DNA of 64,000 bases from an uncultured Acidobacteriota bacterium. GTDB taxonomy: Bacteria; Acidobacteriota; UBA6911. The translations under genes and the position numbers were made by a program. Positions within the stretch are counted from its first letter, which is position 1. Each line of letters begins with the position of its first letter. The stretch is from contig CAWJKZ010000015.1 of the NCBI GenBank assembly GCA_963843575.1, positions 224,001 to 288,000 on the forward strand, read 5' to 3'. Shown here in pieces: positions 39,925-48,655 of this stretch. Below the pieces are notes generated by a model, which ran no database searches, had not been told where the DNA came from, and saw nothing but the letters and a program-made list of their open reading frames with translations.

Positions 39925-41391
39925 ATGAAGAAGGCACTCCTTCTGCTATTGCCTGTCTGGACGGTGTGGACCGGGGCGCAAGCGGCAGCCGCCCGGCAGC
40001 AGCCGGGGCGGAACCTGGTCGACAACCCCGGGTTCGAGACGCCCGCGGGCGCCGGCGGGTTGGCGGCGGCGTGGAACACGGGGTTCGCCCGCCCCGAGGT
40101 GGCACCGGCATTTTCAATAGACTCCACGGTAGCGCATTCGGGACATTCGTCGGCGCGCACGACTGCCCAGGGGAGTCCCGGGACCCTGGGGTACTGGACG
40201 ACGACGGTGAAGGGCATTCACGCAGGGACCGACGATTCCGGGCCGACCCAGCTGACGGTCCGGGGCGGGGACTTCCTGAGCGACAAGCACTATCGGGTGA
40301 GCTGCTTTTTCAAGACGCAGGGGATAGAATCGCCCTCCCGCAGCGTCTGGATCCGCGTGAGCTGGCTGGACGGGGAGGGCCGCGAGGTGTTCACGCAGCT
40401 TCTCTCCCGGTTCGTCAGGGAGGGGGAGTGGTATCGGGCCGAACAGGTGATGGCCGCCCCGCGGCCGGCGCGCGGCGTGACCCTCCAGCTCGCGTTGCAG
40501 TGGACCCCCGGGGGCACCGTGTGGTGGGACGACGTCAGCGTCGAAGAGGCTCCAGCGCCTGCGCAGCGCCGGATCAAGGTCGGCACCGTGAGCTACCAGC
40601 CGCCCGGCCGGTCGACCCCGGAAAGGAACCGCACCTTCTACGCCGAGAAGATCGCGGCGGCCGGCAAACTCGGTGTCGATCTTCTCTGCCTGGGAGAAGG
40701 CATCACGGTCGTGTCGACGGGAAGGAGCTACGCCGACGTCGCCGAGCCGGTTCCCGGGCCTACCAGCCGGGCTCTTGGGGAAGCGGCCCGCAAAACGCGG
40801 ATGTATGTCGTCGCGGGTATCTACGAGCGCGAGGGCCCGCTGATCTACAACACCGCCCTGCTGATCGACCGCGAAGGGAACGTGGCCGGAAAGTACCGCA
40901 AGACCCACCTGCCCGAGACCGAAGTGATCGCCGGCCTCACCCCGGGCTCCACGTACCCCGTCTTCAGGACGGATTTCGGAACCCTGGGGATCGAGATCTG
41001 TTACGACAACTTCTTTCCCGAGGTGGCGCGCAACCTTGCGCTGAACGGGGCCGAGATCATCCTTTTGCCGATCTGGGGCGACCTGCGGAACCAGGACTAC
41101 GCCTGGGACGTGGTTGCGCGCGCGCGGGCCATTGACAACGCCGTTTTCCTGGTGGCGTCGATCTACAGCAACCGGAGGAGCCTGATCATCAGTCCGGACG
41201 GCCGCATCCTGGCCGACACCGCCTGGGAAGAGGGACTCGTCACCGCCGACATCAACCTGGATGCGCGCACGTTCGAACGGTGGCTCTCGGTTGGCAGCTA
41301 TGGCGAGTGGAAGAACCTCTACCCCCAGGAGCGCCGTCACGAAACCTACGAGGACCTCGTCCGCCCAGCCGAGGGGAAACAGCCCCGGTAA
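39925..41391 (+). CDS. Secreted carbon-nitrogen hydrolase with N-terminal CBM4/9-like domain
   Basis: Signal peptide; NLVDNPGFE...GTVWWDDVSVEE; triad LGE, YRKTHL, ICYD. Confidence 0.88.
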   Translation: MKKALLLLLPVWTVWTGAQAAAARQQPGRNLVDNPGFETPAGAGGLAAAWNTGFARPEVAPAFSIDSTVAHSGHSSARTTAQGSPGTLGYWTTTVKGIHAGTDDSGPTQLTVRGGDFLSDKHYRVSCFFKTQGIESPSRSVWIRVSWLDGEGREVFTQLLSRFVREGEWYRAEQVMAAPRPARGVTLQLALQWTPGGTVWWDDVSVEEAPAPAQRRIKVGTVSYQPPGRSTPERNRTFYAEKIAAAGKLGVDLLCLGEGITVVSTGRSYADVAEPVPGPTSRALGEAARKTRMYVVAGIYEREGPLIYNTALLIDREGNVAGKYRKTHLPETEVIAGLTPGSTYPVFRTDFGTLGIEICYDNFFPEVARNLALNGAEIILLPIWGDLRNQDYAWDVVARARAIDNAVFLVASIYSNRRSLIISPDGRILADTAWEEGLVTADINLDARTFERWLSVGSYGEWKNLYPQERRHETYEDLVRPAEGKQPR

Positions 41392-41402
41392 GAACGGCAA
41401 AG

Positions 41403-41790
41403 AACAAGTGGGTCCGGGCTTCAGCCCGGACGTCTTTTGATCTGATCTATGTGGCGACGGGCGCACGCTATAGCGACCGCAAACGCGTCCGGGCTGAAGA
41501 GGCTGTCCAACGATTGAAGCACCCGCCCCGCCCGCACAACAAGTGGGTCCGGGCTTCAGCCCGGACGTCTTAGATCTGATCTAAGTGGTGGCGGGCGCAC
41601 GTTACAGCGACCGCAAACCGCGTCCGGGCTGAAGAGGCTGTCCAACGATTGAAGCACCCGCCCCGCCCGCACAACAAGTGGGTCCGGGCTTCAGCCCGGA
41701 CGTCTTTAGATCTGATCTATGTGGTGGCGGGCGCACGTTATAGCGACCGCAAAGCGCGTCCGGGCTGAAGCCCGGACCCACTTGTTGTGC
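41403..41790. repeat. Tandem REP/REPIN array, 135-bp period, about 2.8 units
   Basis: GTGG+GTCCGGGC-TTCA-GCCCGGAC at 41408, 41543, 41678; full inverted copy at 41758-41781. Confidence 0.92.
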
Positions 41791-41818
41791 TGACGGGATC
41801 GGGCAGATTGGAGGAGGC

Positions 41819-44371
41819 ATGGGAGAGGTCGGGCTTCACAGGAGCGTTGACGGGCCGGCTTCGGCTGCGTTCTCGCCCGTCCCGCTGCCGGGGACGATGG
41901 GGCTGCCCGATTTGGCCTCGGCCCGCCTTTCCCGTGCGCTGCGGGAGCGGTTGGCGTGGGCGCCCTCGGGCGAGTGCGTCGGCTGGGGCATCCCGTTTCG
42001 GATCGGCAAGGTGGTTCTGGTGCAGGACAGCCCGGTCGAGCTGAGGTGGCCGCCCGTTCTGGCCGGCTGGCTCGTGTTGATGCACACGACCGACATCGTC
42101 GCACCGCGACTCGACCGCCACGGGCTCATCGAGTCTGTCCGCGGTCCGGCAGCCTTGGGGAAGCAGGTCGCCGAGTATGTGTTCCTGTTCGACGACGGAA
42201 CCGAGATCGGCGTCCCTGTCCGGGGGCAGCAGCAGATCGGCGTCGTGTTTCAGGACTGGGGACTCCCGTGCTTCGAGGCGGTGGCACACCGCAAGCCGGC
42301 TCCCGGCCGCACCCTGTCCGAACAGCCGAGGCCGGGTGTGACCTGGGGCGGGTCGCAGTCGCTCGTCGTTCAACCCGACCTCCTGGCGTGGACCAACTGG
42401 CTTTGGGCCTGGGCGAACCCTCATCCGGGGAAAGGAATCGTCGGCATGCGCGTCAAGCCCGGCGCGGCCGCCGTCATCCTTTCGGCGTTGGCGGCCGGAA
42501 CCGTGGCGGATCACCCGTTGCGCTGGGGGCCACGGCGCAAAGCGATCCTGCGACTGAGGAAAGAGGAGGGTTTCGACCCCAGCCTGAGCGACATGGGGCT
42601 GCTTGCCAACCTGCAGGTCGATCTCGGCCAGGTCATTTCGGCGCGGCGGCGCACGGTTTATCCCGGCGCTTCATGGGAAGGCACGTACAACAACCAGACG
42701 CCAGAATTGTCCGCGGACGAAATCCTCGTCGAATACGCTTCACACCCCGAAGCCGTGTTCCACCTGTCCGGTGGAGCGACAATCCCCGTCGCCGCGCTCG
42801 AGACGGGGCCCGCGGACCGTCTGATGCCTGTAGCGCCGGCCACGCACCGCGTACGGCTTCGTGTGGTCGAGAGATCCTCCGGTAACCCAGTAGCCGTGAA
42901 ACTGCACGTCCACGGGGAGTCCGGAGAATACCTCGCGCCGGTCGACCGCCACCGCCTTCCGAACACGTTCTGGTACGAGGACTTGAGCGTGGATTACGTG
43001 GTGCCGGGCGGGCACGCCTGCTCCTATATCACGGGTGAGACGACCATAGACCTCCCCGTCGGCAAGGTCTACGTGGAGATCAGCAAGGGGTTTGAGATCC
43101 GGCCGGTGCGCCGGGTTGTCGACGTCCGCCCGGACACGTCCGAACTGGTCTTTACGCTCGACCGGATTCTGGACTGGCGCGGTAAGGGTTGGGTTACGGC
43201 CGATACGCACGTCCACTTCCTCTCTCCGCCGAGCGCCTGGCTCGAAGGCGCGGGAGAGGACGTCAACGTCGTCAACCTGCTGGCCAGCCAGTGGGGCGAG
43301 CTGATGACCAACGTAGGCGATTTCGACGGCCGCACCACCCATGGCGCGCGCGAGACGGGGGGCGACGGCCAGTACCTGGTGCGCGTCGGGACGGAAAACC
43401 GCCAGCACGTGCTCGGGCACATCTCGCTGCTTGGCTACAACGGCCGGATCATCGCTCCGATGACCACGGGTGGACCCGACGAATCCGCGCTGGGGGACCC
43501 CATCGAGACGCTGCTGACGGAGTGGGCGCGCCAGTGCCGCAGCCAGGGCGGGATCGTGATCGTGCCGCATTTCCCGCGCCCGCGCGCCGAACACGCGGCC
43601 GCGATCGTCAGCGGGGACGTCGACGGGATCGAGATGACGTCGTGGGAGAACCTGCACGGCGGTATCGACCCCTACTCTCTCGCGGACTGGTATCGCTACC
43701 TGAACAACGGCCACTTCGTCGCCGCGGTCGGCGGCACCGACAAGATGGCCGCAACCACCGCGGTAGGGACCGTCCGCACGTATGCCTTGCTGGCGCCGGG
43801 CCGCGCGTTCGACTACGACGCCTGGAAGGACGCAGTCCGGGCCGGGAACACGTTCGTGACCTATGGGCCCCTCATGGAGTTTTCCGTCGACGGGAGGCCT
43901 CCCGGGGCGCGCATCCGCATGACCCACACCGGCGCAGCCATGAGCGTCGAGTGGCGCGTCGCGAGCGTGACGGTTCCGCTGTCCCGCGTCGAGCTTGTCG
44001 TCAACGGCGAGATTCGCGAGAGCCGAGCGGTGGATTCCGGGGACGAGGGCGGCCATTGGGAGGTGAAGGTCGACCGGAGTTCCTGGCTCGCCCTGCTCGT
44101 GCGCGGCCACCACCCCGACAAGCCGGAAATCGTCGCAGCCCACTCGTCGCCCGTGATGGTCGAGGTGGAGGGGCTGCCGTTCTTTGCCGCCGCCGACGCG
44201 TTGAGCATCCTCGAGCAGATCGAAGGTACGCTCGTCTTCTTCGACACGCTTGGCACCCGTGCCGAAACGGCCGCTTACAGGCGGATGCGACTTGTCCTGA
44301 CCGCTGCGTACCGCTCCCTGCACAACCGACTGCACCAGAACGGCTTCACGCACCACCACAAGGTGGAGTGA
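41819..44371 (+). CDS. CehA/McbA-family (PHP-domain) metallohydrolase
   Basis: ADTHVH, GHISLL, PHFP, WYRYLN.G, GGTDK, AHSSP. Confidence 0.85.
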   Translation: MGEVGLHRSVDGPASAAFSPVPLPGTMGLPDLASARLSRALRERLAWAPSGECVGWGIPFRIGKVVLVQDSPVELRWPPVLAGWLVLMHTTDIVAPRLDRHGLIESVRGPAALGKQVAEYVFLFDDGTEIGVPVRGQQQIGVVFQDWGLPCFEAVAHRKPAPGRTLSEQPRPGVTWGGSQSLVVQPDLLAWTNWLWAWANPHPGKGIVGMRVKPGAAAVILSALAAGTVADHPLRWGPRRKAILRLRKEEGFDPSLSDMGLLANLQVDLGQVISARRRTVYPGASWEGTYNNQTPELSADEILVEYASHPEAVFHLSGGATIPVAALETGPADRLMPVAPATHRVRLRVVERSSGNPVAVKLHVHGESGEYLAPVDRHRLPNTFWYEDLSVDYVVPGGHACSYITGETTIDLPVGKVYVEISKGFEIRPVRRVVDVRPDTSELVFTLDRILDWRGKGWVTADTHVHFLSPPSAWLEGAGEDVNVVNLLASQWGELMTNVGDFDGRTTHGARETGGDGQYLVRVGTENRQHVLGHISLLGYNGRIIAPMTTGGPDESALGDPIETLLTEWARQCRSQGGIVIVPHFPRPRAEHAAAIVSGDVDGIEMTSWENLHGGIDPYSLADWYRYLNNGHFVAAVGGTDKMAATTAVGTVRTYALLAPGRAFDYDAWKDAVRAGNTFVTYGPLMEFSVDGRPPGARIRMTHTGAAMSVEWRVASVTVPLSRVELVVNGEIRESRAVDSGDEGGHWEVKVDRSSWLALLVRGHHPDKPEIVAAHSSPVMVEVEGLPFFAAADALSILEQIEGTLVFFDTLGTRAETAAYRRMRLVLTAAYRSLHNRLHQNGFTHHHKVE

Positions 44372-44387
44372 TGCGCTGCAGGAGCTC

Positions 44388-44484
44388 TGCGCGGCGAACA
44401 CAAGCAAAAGACCGGCCACGGAAAGCACGGAAGAACACGGAAAAATCACATTTGAAACTCCGTGATTTCCGTGTCTTCCGTGGC
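44388..44484 (-). repeat. Repeat family A, reverse orientation
   Basis: gccacggaaagcacggaagaacacggaa...ctccgtgatttccgtgtcttccgtggc; left flank reverse-complements the right flank of the 38.4-kb copy. Confidence 0.85.
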
Positions 44485-44517
44485 TGGCTCCTGATATTGA
44501 TCACGCAGGCGGAGCCG

Positions 44518-46614
44518 CTACGGTGCAGTGGCGATGTCGACGTACCCGCGCCGGCCCAGGAATTGGAAGTAGCCGACGAAGTCGAAATCCTGCGGCCCCA
44601 GCTCGAGTTCGGTGAGGCGGATGACCTCGGCCAGGCTTCGCTTGCCATCGCACCAGTATAGTGCGGTCTGCAGCAGGTTATCCCACGCGCCGGCAGGCCA
44701 GCCCTCGCGCTTCTCGACTGGGAGGTCGTCGAAGGTGATGCTCCCGATCCGCTTGCGCTTGACGACAATCTGGGGAGCCTGGGCCCGGCGCGGGTCGGCC
44801 GGCGCCGCCACGGCCCTGACCGGCACCGGCGCTCCGAGTTCCCGGGCGCGCCGGTCGGCGGCCTGGTGGAGCCGTTCGGCCTGGGTATCCGCGAACCGCT
44901 GGATGTTTTTCAGCATCGGATCGAGCGTGGGGCGGATCCGGTCGCGTTGCGCGGCTGCAGCCAGCCGGAGCGCGGACAGGAGCGCGTCCTGGTCACGGCT
45001 CGCGGTGTAGGCCACTTTCTCGAGCCCCGTGTGCAACTCCTTCCCGAGGTTTTCGGGTTTGTCGACGCGTGCGATTCTGTCCAGGAACGGCTCCGCCGAG
45101 CGCGCGACGTTTTCGAGACTCCTAGTGGCGGTGATTTCACCCAGCCACGGGATCTCGGCCTCGCCGGCGTTCGCCAGGTAATAAAGGTAGGCGGCCAGCA
45201 TCGAGCTAATGTCGCGCAACGAGCGGCGGTCGACCCTGTCCACGGTGTCGGCGCCGTTATGGTGCACGTTGACGCCCGCGCTGCCGCTCGCTGCCACGTT
45301 GGGAACGCCGATGAGCGGATCGCTCAGGTAGGTGTCGGTGCCGGGCCCCCAGGCGCTCCAGTGCGGGAATCGGCGCCTTGCGCCCGTGAATCCGTAATAA
45401 GTCTCAGCGACGCGCATGACGAGCGCATCCTGGTAGGAGCGGGCCACGTCCGGGTTCATCCGGAAGAAGTACTCCGTGCCCGACAGCTCGTAGGGGCCGG
45501 CGGCGGAGTCGACACAGATCGCGCCGATGGTCCGCTTTATGCGTTCCGGGTTGGTGGCGACGTAGTGCATGGAGCCGTACAGTTCCGGCATCGCCAGCAC
45601 CCGGATGCTGCGCCGCGGCGGCTTCAGCTTTCCGGCCTGGATCGCGCGATTGAGGGTGGCGAGGGCCTCGAGCATCGAGGAGACCCCGGTGGCGTTGTCG
45701 TTGGCGCCCGGCTCGGTCGTGTGACCCAGCTCCAGCACTTCCTCGTCGGATCCGCTTCCTTCGATCACGCCCGTGGCGTAGGGGTAGGACCCCGAGTAGA
45801 GGCGCGCATCGACGAGCGCCTTGACCCTGACCTTGCCGTAACGGACGAGCAGGTTGCGCAGATAGGTGCCCTGCCTCGGGGTGATCGAGAAGGCCGGCAT
45901 GGGGCTGCCGGCCTTGGTGAAGCCCCAGCCGCCGTCGCCGTAGGAGTTCACCCAGTAGTGGTCGGTGGCCAGGTCGGGGTTCTCCGTCGAATCACTGATG
46001 ATCCCCACGACGCCGAGTTTGGCCAGCGCGGCCTTGATCTCGCCCAGCTTGATGGTGGCGCTGTCGCGGGCGTTGGGATTCTTCACCTCCGTGAAGAAGA
46101 CGATCTTCCCCTTGACGTCGACACGGGCGATGTCTTCCGGGGCAGACGACTTCAGCTCCACCACCTCCGCCGTGATGCCGCCGGGCGGGGTTGGGCCGCT
46201 CCACATCACCAGCGAAGTCGGTTCCTGGCTGTAATCCGCGAGCGTGCGGGTTCCTGCGGGCACGGCGGGCTCGACGATTTCAAGGGTGGCCCGGTTGACG
46301 TCCCAGGCCAGCGGCATCGTCCAGAAGCCGTACTGCGTCACCCCATCGGCCGGCGTCTCAACCAGCTCGACCTTCTTCAAGCCGATCGCGTTCATCGTGC
46401 TTTGAATGTACTCGGCGGTCTTGTGGAATTTCTGAAAGTTGAACCAGCGGTCGTTCTCGCGCACGCGCAGCACGAAATCCAGCGCCTCGTTCGGATTGAC
46501 TTCGGAGCTGACGGTGCGGATCAACGTGTCGAGCTGGGGGTCCGTGCGCAGGCTCTGCGCGGACAGGAGCATGGGAACCAGTAGCAGGACGGAGCAAACC
46601 CGTAACCACTTCAT
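44518..46614 (-). CDS. Secreted M28-family peptidase-like (DUF4910-type) protein
   Basis: Signal peptide, PA-like insert, GHTTEPGANDNATG, PELYG, C-terminal LYWCDGKRSL. Confidence 0.8.
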   Translation of the reverse strand: MKWLRVCSVLLLVPMLLSAQSLRTDPQLDTLIRTVSSEVNPNEALDFVLRVRENDRWFNFQKFHKTAEYIQSTMNAIGLKKVELVETPADGVTQYGFWTMPLAWDVNRATLEIVEPAVPAGTRTLADYSQEPTSLVMWSGPTPPGGITAEVVELKSSAPEDIARVDVKGKIVFFTEVKNPNARDSATIKLGEIKAALAKLGVVGIISDSTENPDLATDHYWVNSYGDGGWGFTKAGSPMPAFSITPRQGTYLRNLLVRYGKVRVKALVDARLYSGSYPYATGVIEGSGSDEEVLELGHTTEPGANDNATGVSSMLEALATLNRAIQAGKLKPPRRSIRVLAMPELYGSMHYVATNPERIKRTIGAICVDSAAGPYELSGTEYFFRMNPDVARSYQDALVMRVAETYYGFTGARRRFPHWSAWGPGTDTYLSDPLIGVPNVAASGSAGVNVHHNGADTVDRVDRRSLRDISSMLAAYLYYLANAGEAEIPWLGEITATRSLENVARSAEPFLDRIARVDKPENLGKELHTGLEKVAYTASRDQDALLSALRLAAAAQRDRIRPTLDPMLKNIQRFADTQAERLHQAADRRARELGAPVPVRAVAAPADPRRAQAPQIVVKRKRIGSITFDDLPVEKREGWPAGAWDNLLQTALYWCDGKRSLAEVIRLTELELGPQDFDFVGYFQFLGRRGYVDIATAP

Positions 46615-46714
46615 ACGCTCTCCTCCGATATGATGTCAAAGCCGGGGTGCGCCGATTCTAGCACAGTCTCGCGCGGCAACGTTCCGCCGTTCGGAAGCGC
46701 CTCGGAAGCGCCTG

Positions 46715-46743
46715 TTGACAGCGGGCCACGCCGGACCTACCAT
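46715..46743 (+). promoter_or_regulatory. Sigma-70 promoter
   Basis: TTGACA-17 bp-TACCAT upstream of GGGAGG and ATG 46775. Confidence 0.6.
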
Positions 46744-46774
46744 CGACCGACATTTCTGAGGACAGGGAGGCGGC

Positions 46775-47740
46775 ATGGCCATACAGGAAATCACGAGCGG
46801 AGGTTTGAATCCCGGGCAGTTCATCGACGAGCAGACCAGAGCCATTTCGAGTGCGGTTGGGAACGGTTTGGCCGTCAACGCTCTCTCGGGCGGCGTCGAT
46901 TCGTCTGTCGTGACGATGCTGGGCCACCGGGCCCTCGGCGACCGGCTCAAGACGTACTTCATCGACAACGGCCTGATGCGCGCCGGGGAACCGCAGCAGG
47001 TGGTCTCGACTTTCCAGGGGCTGGGGGTGCCCGTCGAACTGCACGACGCGCGCGCGGAATTCCTCGGAGCCCTGAAGGGAATAACCGATCCGGAAGAGAA
47101 ACGCGAGGCCGTCACCCAGACCTTCTACCGTCACGTTTTCGGTCGCCTCGTGCGGGAAAGCGGTGCCAGACACCTCCTGCAGGGGACGATCCTCACCGAC
47201 GTCGACGAGACGGTCGCGGGGATCAAGAGGCAGCACAACGTCTTCGAGCAGCTGGGCATCGATCCGCAGGAGGCCTTCGGCTACCGCATACTCGAGCCCC
47301 TCATACAGCTGCGCAAGGACGGGGTCCGCAAGGTGGCACAGGCTCTCGGGCTGCCGGCCGCCATATACAACCGAATGCCTTTCCCCGGGCCTGCCCTCGC
47401 CGCGCGCATCGTCGGCGAGGCGACGGCGGAGCGGCTGGAACTGGTCCGCGGCGCGACGGCGATCACGGAGTCCGAACTGGCCTCCCGCGGTGCGTTCCAG
47501 TGCATGGCCATCCTGCACGAAGACCGAGTCACCGGGATGCGCGGCGGCCGCCGCGACTTCGGCCTGCAGATCGAGATCCGTTGTTGGGACAGCGTCGACG
47601 CCCGGCATGCCACCCCGACACGGCTTCCCTGGGAAACGCTCGAGAGGCTCAGCGCGCGCATATTGGACGAAGTGCCCGGCGTCGTCAGCGTCACCTACAA
47701 CATCGCGCCAAAGCCGCCGTCGACCATGGAGGTGGTTTAG
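46775..47740 (+). CDS. guaA: GMP synthase ATP-pyrophosphatase subunit (no glutaminase domain)
   Basis: PP-loop ALSGGVDSSV, DPEEKR, LQGT, IKRQHNV, PFPGPALAAR, KPPSTME. Confidence 0.88.
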   Translation: MAIQEITSGGLNPGQFIDEQTRAISSAVGNGLAVNALSGGVDSSVVTMLGHRALGDRLKTYFIDNGLMRAGEPQQVVSTFQGLGVPVELHDARAEFLGALKGITDPEEKREAVTQTFYRHVFGRLVRESGARHLLQGTILTDVDETVAGIKRQHNVFEQLGIDPQEAFGYRILEPLIQLRKDGVRKVAQALGLPAAIYNRMPFPGPALAARIVGEATAERLELVRGATAITESELASRGAFQCMAILHEDRVTGMRGGRRDFGLQIEIRCWDSVDARHATPTRLPWETLERLSARILDEVPGVVSVTYNIAPKPPSTMEVV

Positions 47741-47836
47741 CCTCGGCGGACCGCGCCGGAGGGCAGGCCGGATCGGTGGGAGCCCGCGCCTCGAAGGCTC
47801 CAAGACCTCGAAGAATCTCCAAGAACGAGCGGCGGC

Positions 47837-48604
47837 TCAAGTACGGAGGTAGTCCCGGAGTTCGGTCTGGATGAGCGGCACTTTCTGGAACCCGCCGCCG
47901 AGACGCTGCCAGTAGGCTTCGGCAAAACGCACCCCGGCTTCCTTTCCCCAGACCACGTCCTGTTCCTGCATGGCGCCGAGAAAGTCGTCGATCTTGTGCA
48001 TGACGCGCATCAGTTCGATCTGGCTGACGTGACATTCGATCATGCGCGTCTTGGTCTCCCAGGCGCTCGAGACGTCGATGAAAAAGTGCGGCCGCGGCAG
48101 CGGATTCCCCAGCGGGTCGGAGAGTCCGAGGGTCGACGAGTGGTAGAGCAGCGGCGTGACCGGCAGGGGCGGATACTTCGAGGGGACGTTGGGAAGGGTC
48201 GCGAGCATGGCCGCGGCGTCGGTGATTGCCGAGGAGGCGCGATGATCCGCATGGTAGTCGAAGGGGAGGTGCCCGATGACGATGCCGGCCTCGGCACGGC
48301 GGATCACGTCCTGCGCCGCGATGCGCATCTCCTCGGTGTCGAAGAGAAAGCCGTCGCGCCCCCCGAGGGTGCAGTACTCGGCTCCCAGGATGGCGGCCGC
48401 GTGCTCGGCTTCCTTGCGGCGAATCGCCACCGTCGTGGCCTCGTTCGACCCGATGCCTCCCATCCCGCCCCCGGTGGCCGTGCAGATCGTTATGCGGTAT
48501 CCGCGGTCACGCAATAGCTTCAGGGTGCCGGCACAGAAGATCTCGGCGTCGTCGGGGTGAGCCGTGCAGACCACTACGCTCTTGTTGAAAACCAGTCCGG
48601 CCAT
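47837..48604 (-). CDS. PIG-L/LmbE-family deacetylase
   Basis: AHPDDAE, RRKEA, HADH, HVSQ. Confidence 0.9.
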   Translation of the reverse strand: MAGLVFNKSVVVCTAHPDDAEIFCAGTLKLLRDRGYRITICTATGGGMGGIGSNEATTVAIRRKEAEHAAAILGAEYCTLGGRDGFLFDTEEMRIAAQDVIRRAEAGIVIGHLPFDYHADHRASSAITDAAAMLATLPNVPSKYPPLPVTPLLYHSSTLGLSDPLGNPLPRPHFFIDVSSAWETKTRMIECHVSQIELMRVMHKIDDFLGAMQEQDVVWGKEAGVRFAEAYWQRLGGGFQKVPLIQTELRDYLRT

Positions 48605-48655
48605 GTCCTCCTCCTGATCCCGATCATACTATCACCGCTCCGGTGAAAGCCGGAC

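Noticed and set aside
41403-41790. CRISPR array
   Set aside because: Intervening sequences are near-identical, repeats occur in both orientations, the period is 135 bp and no cas genes are present; this is REP/BIME-like
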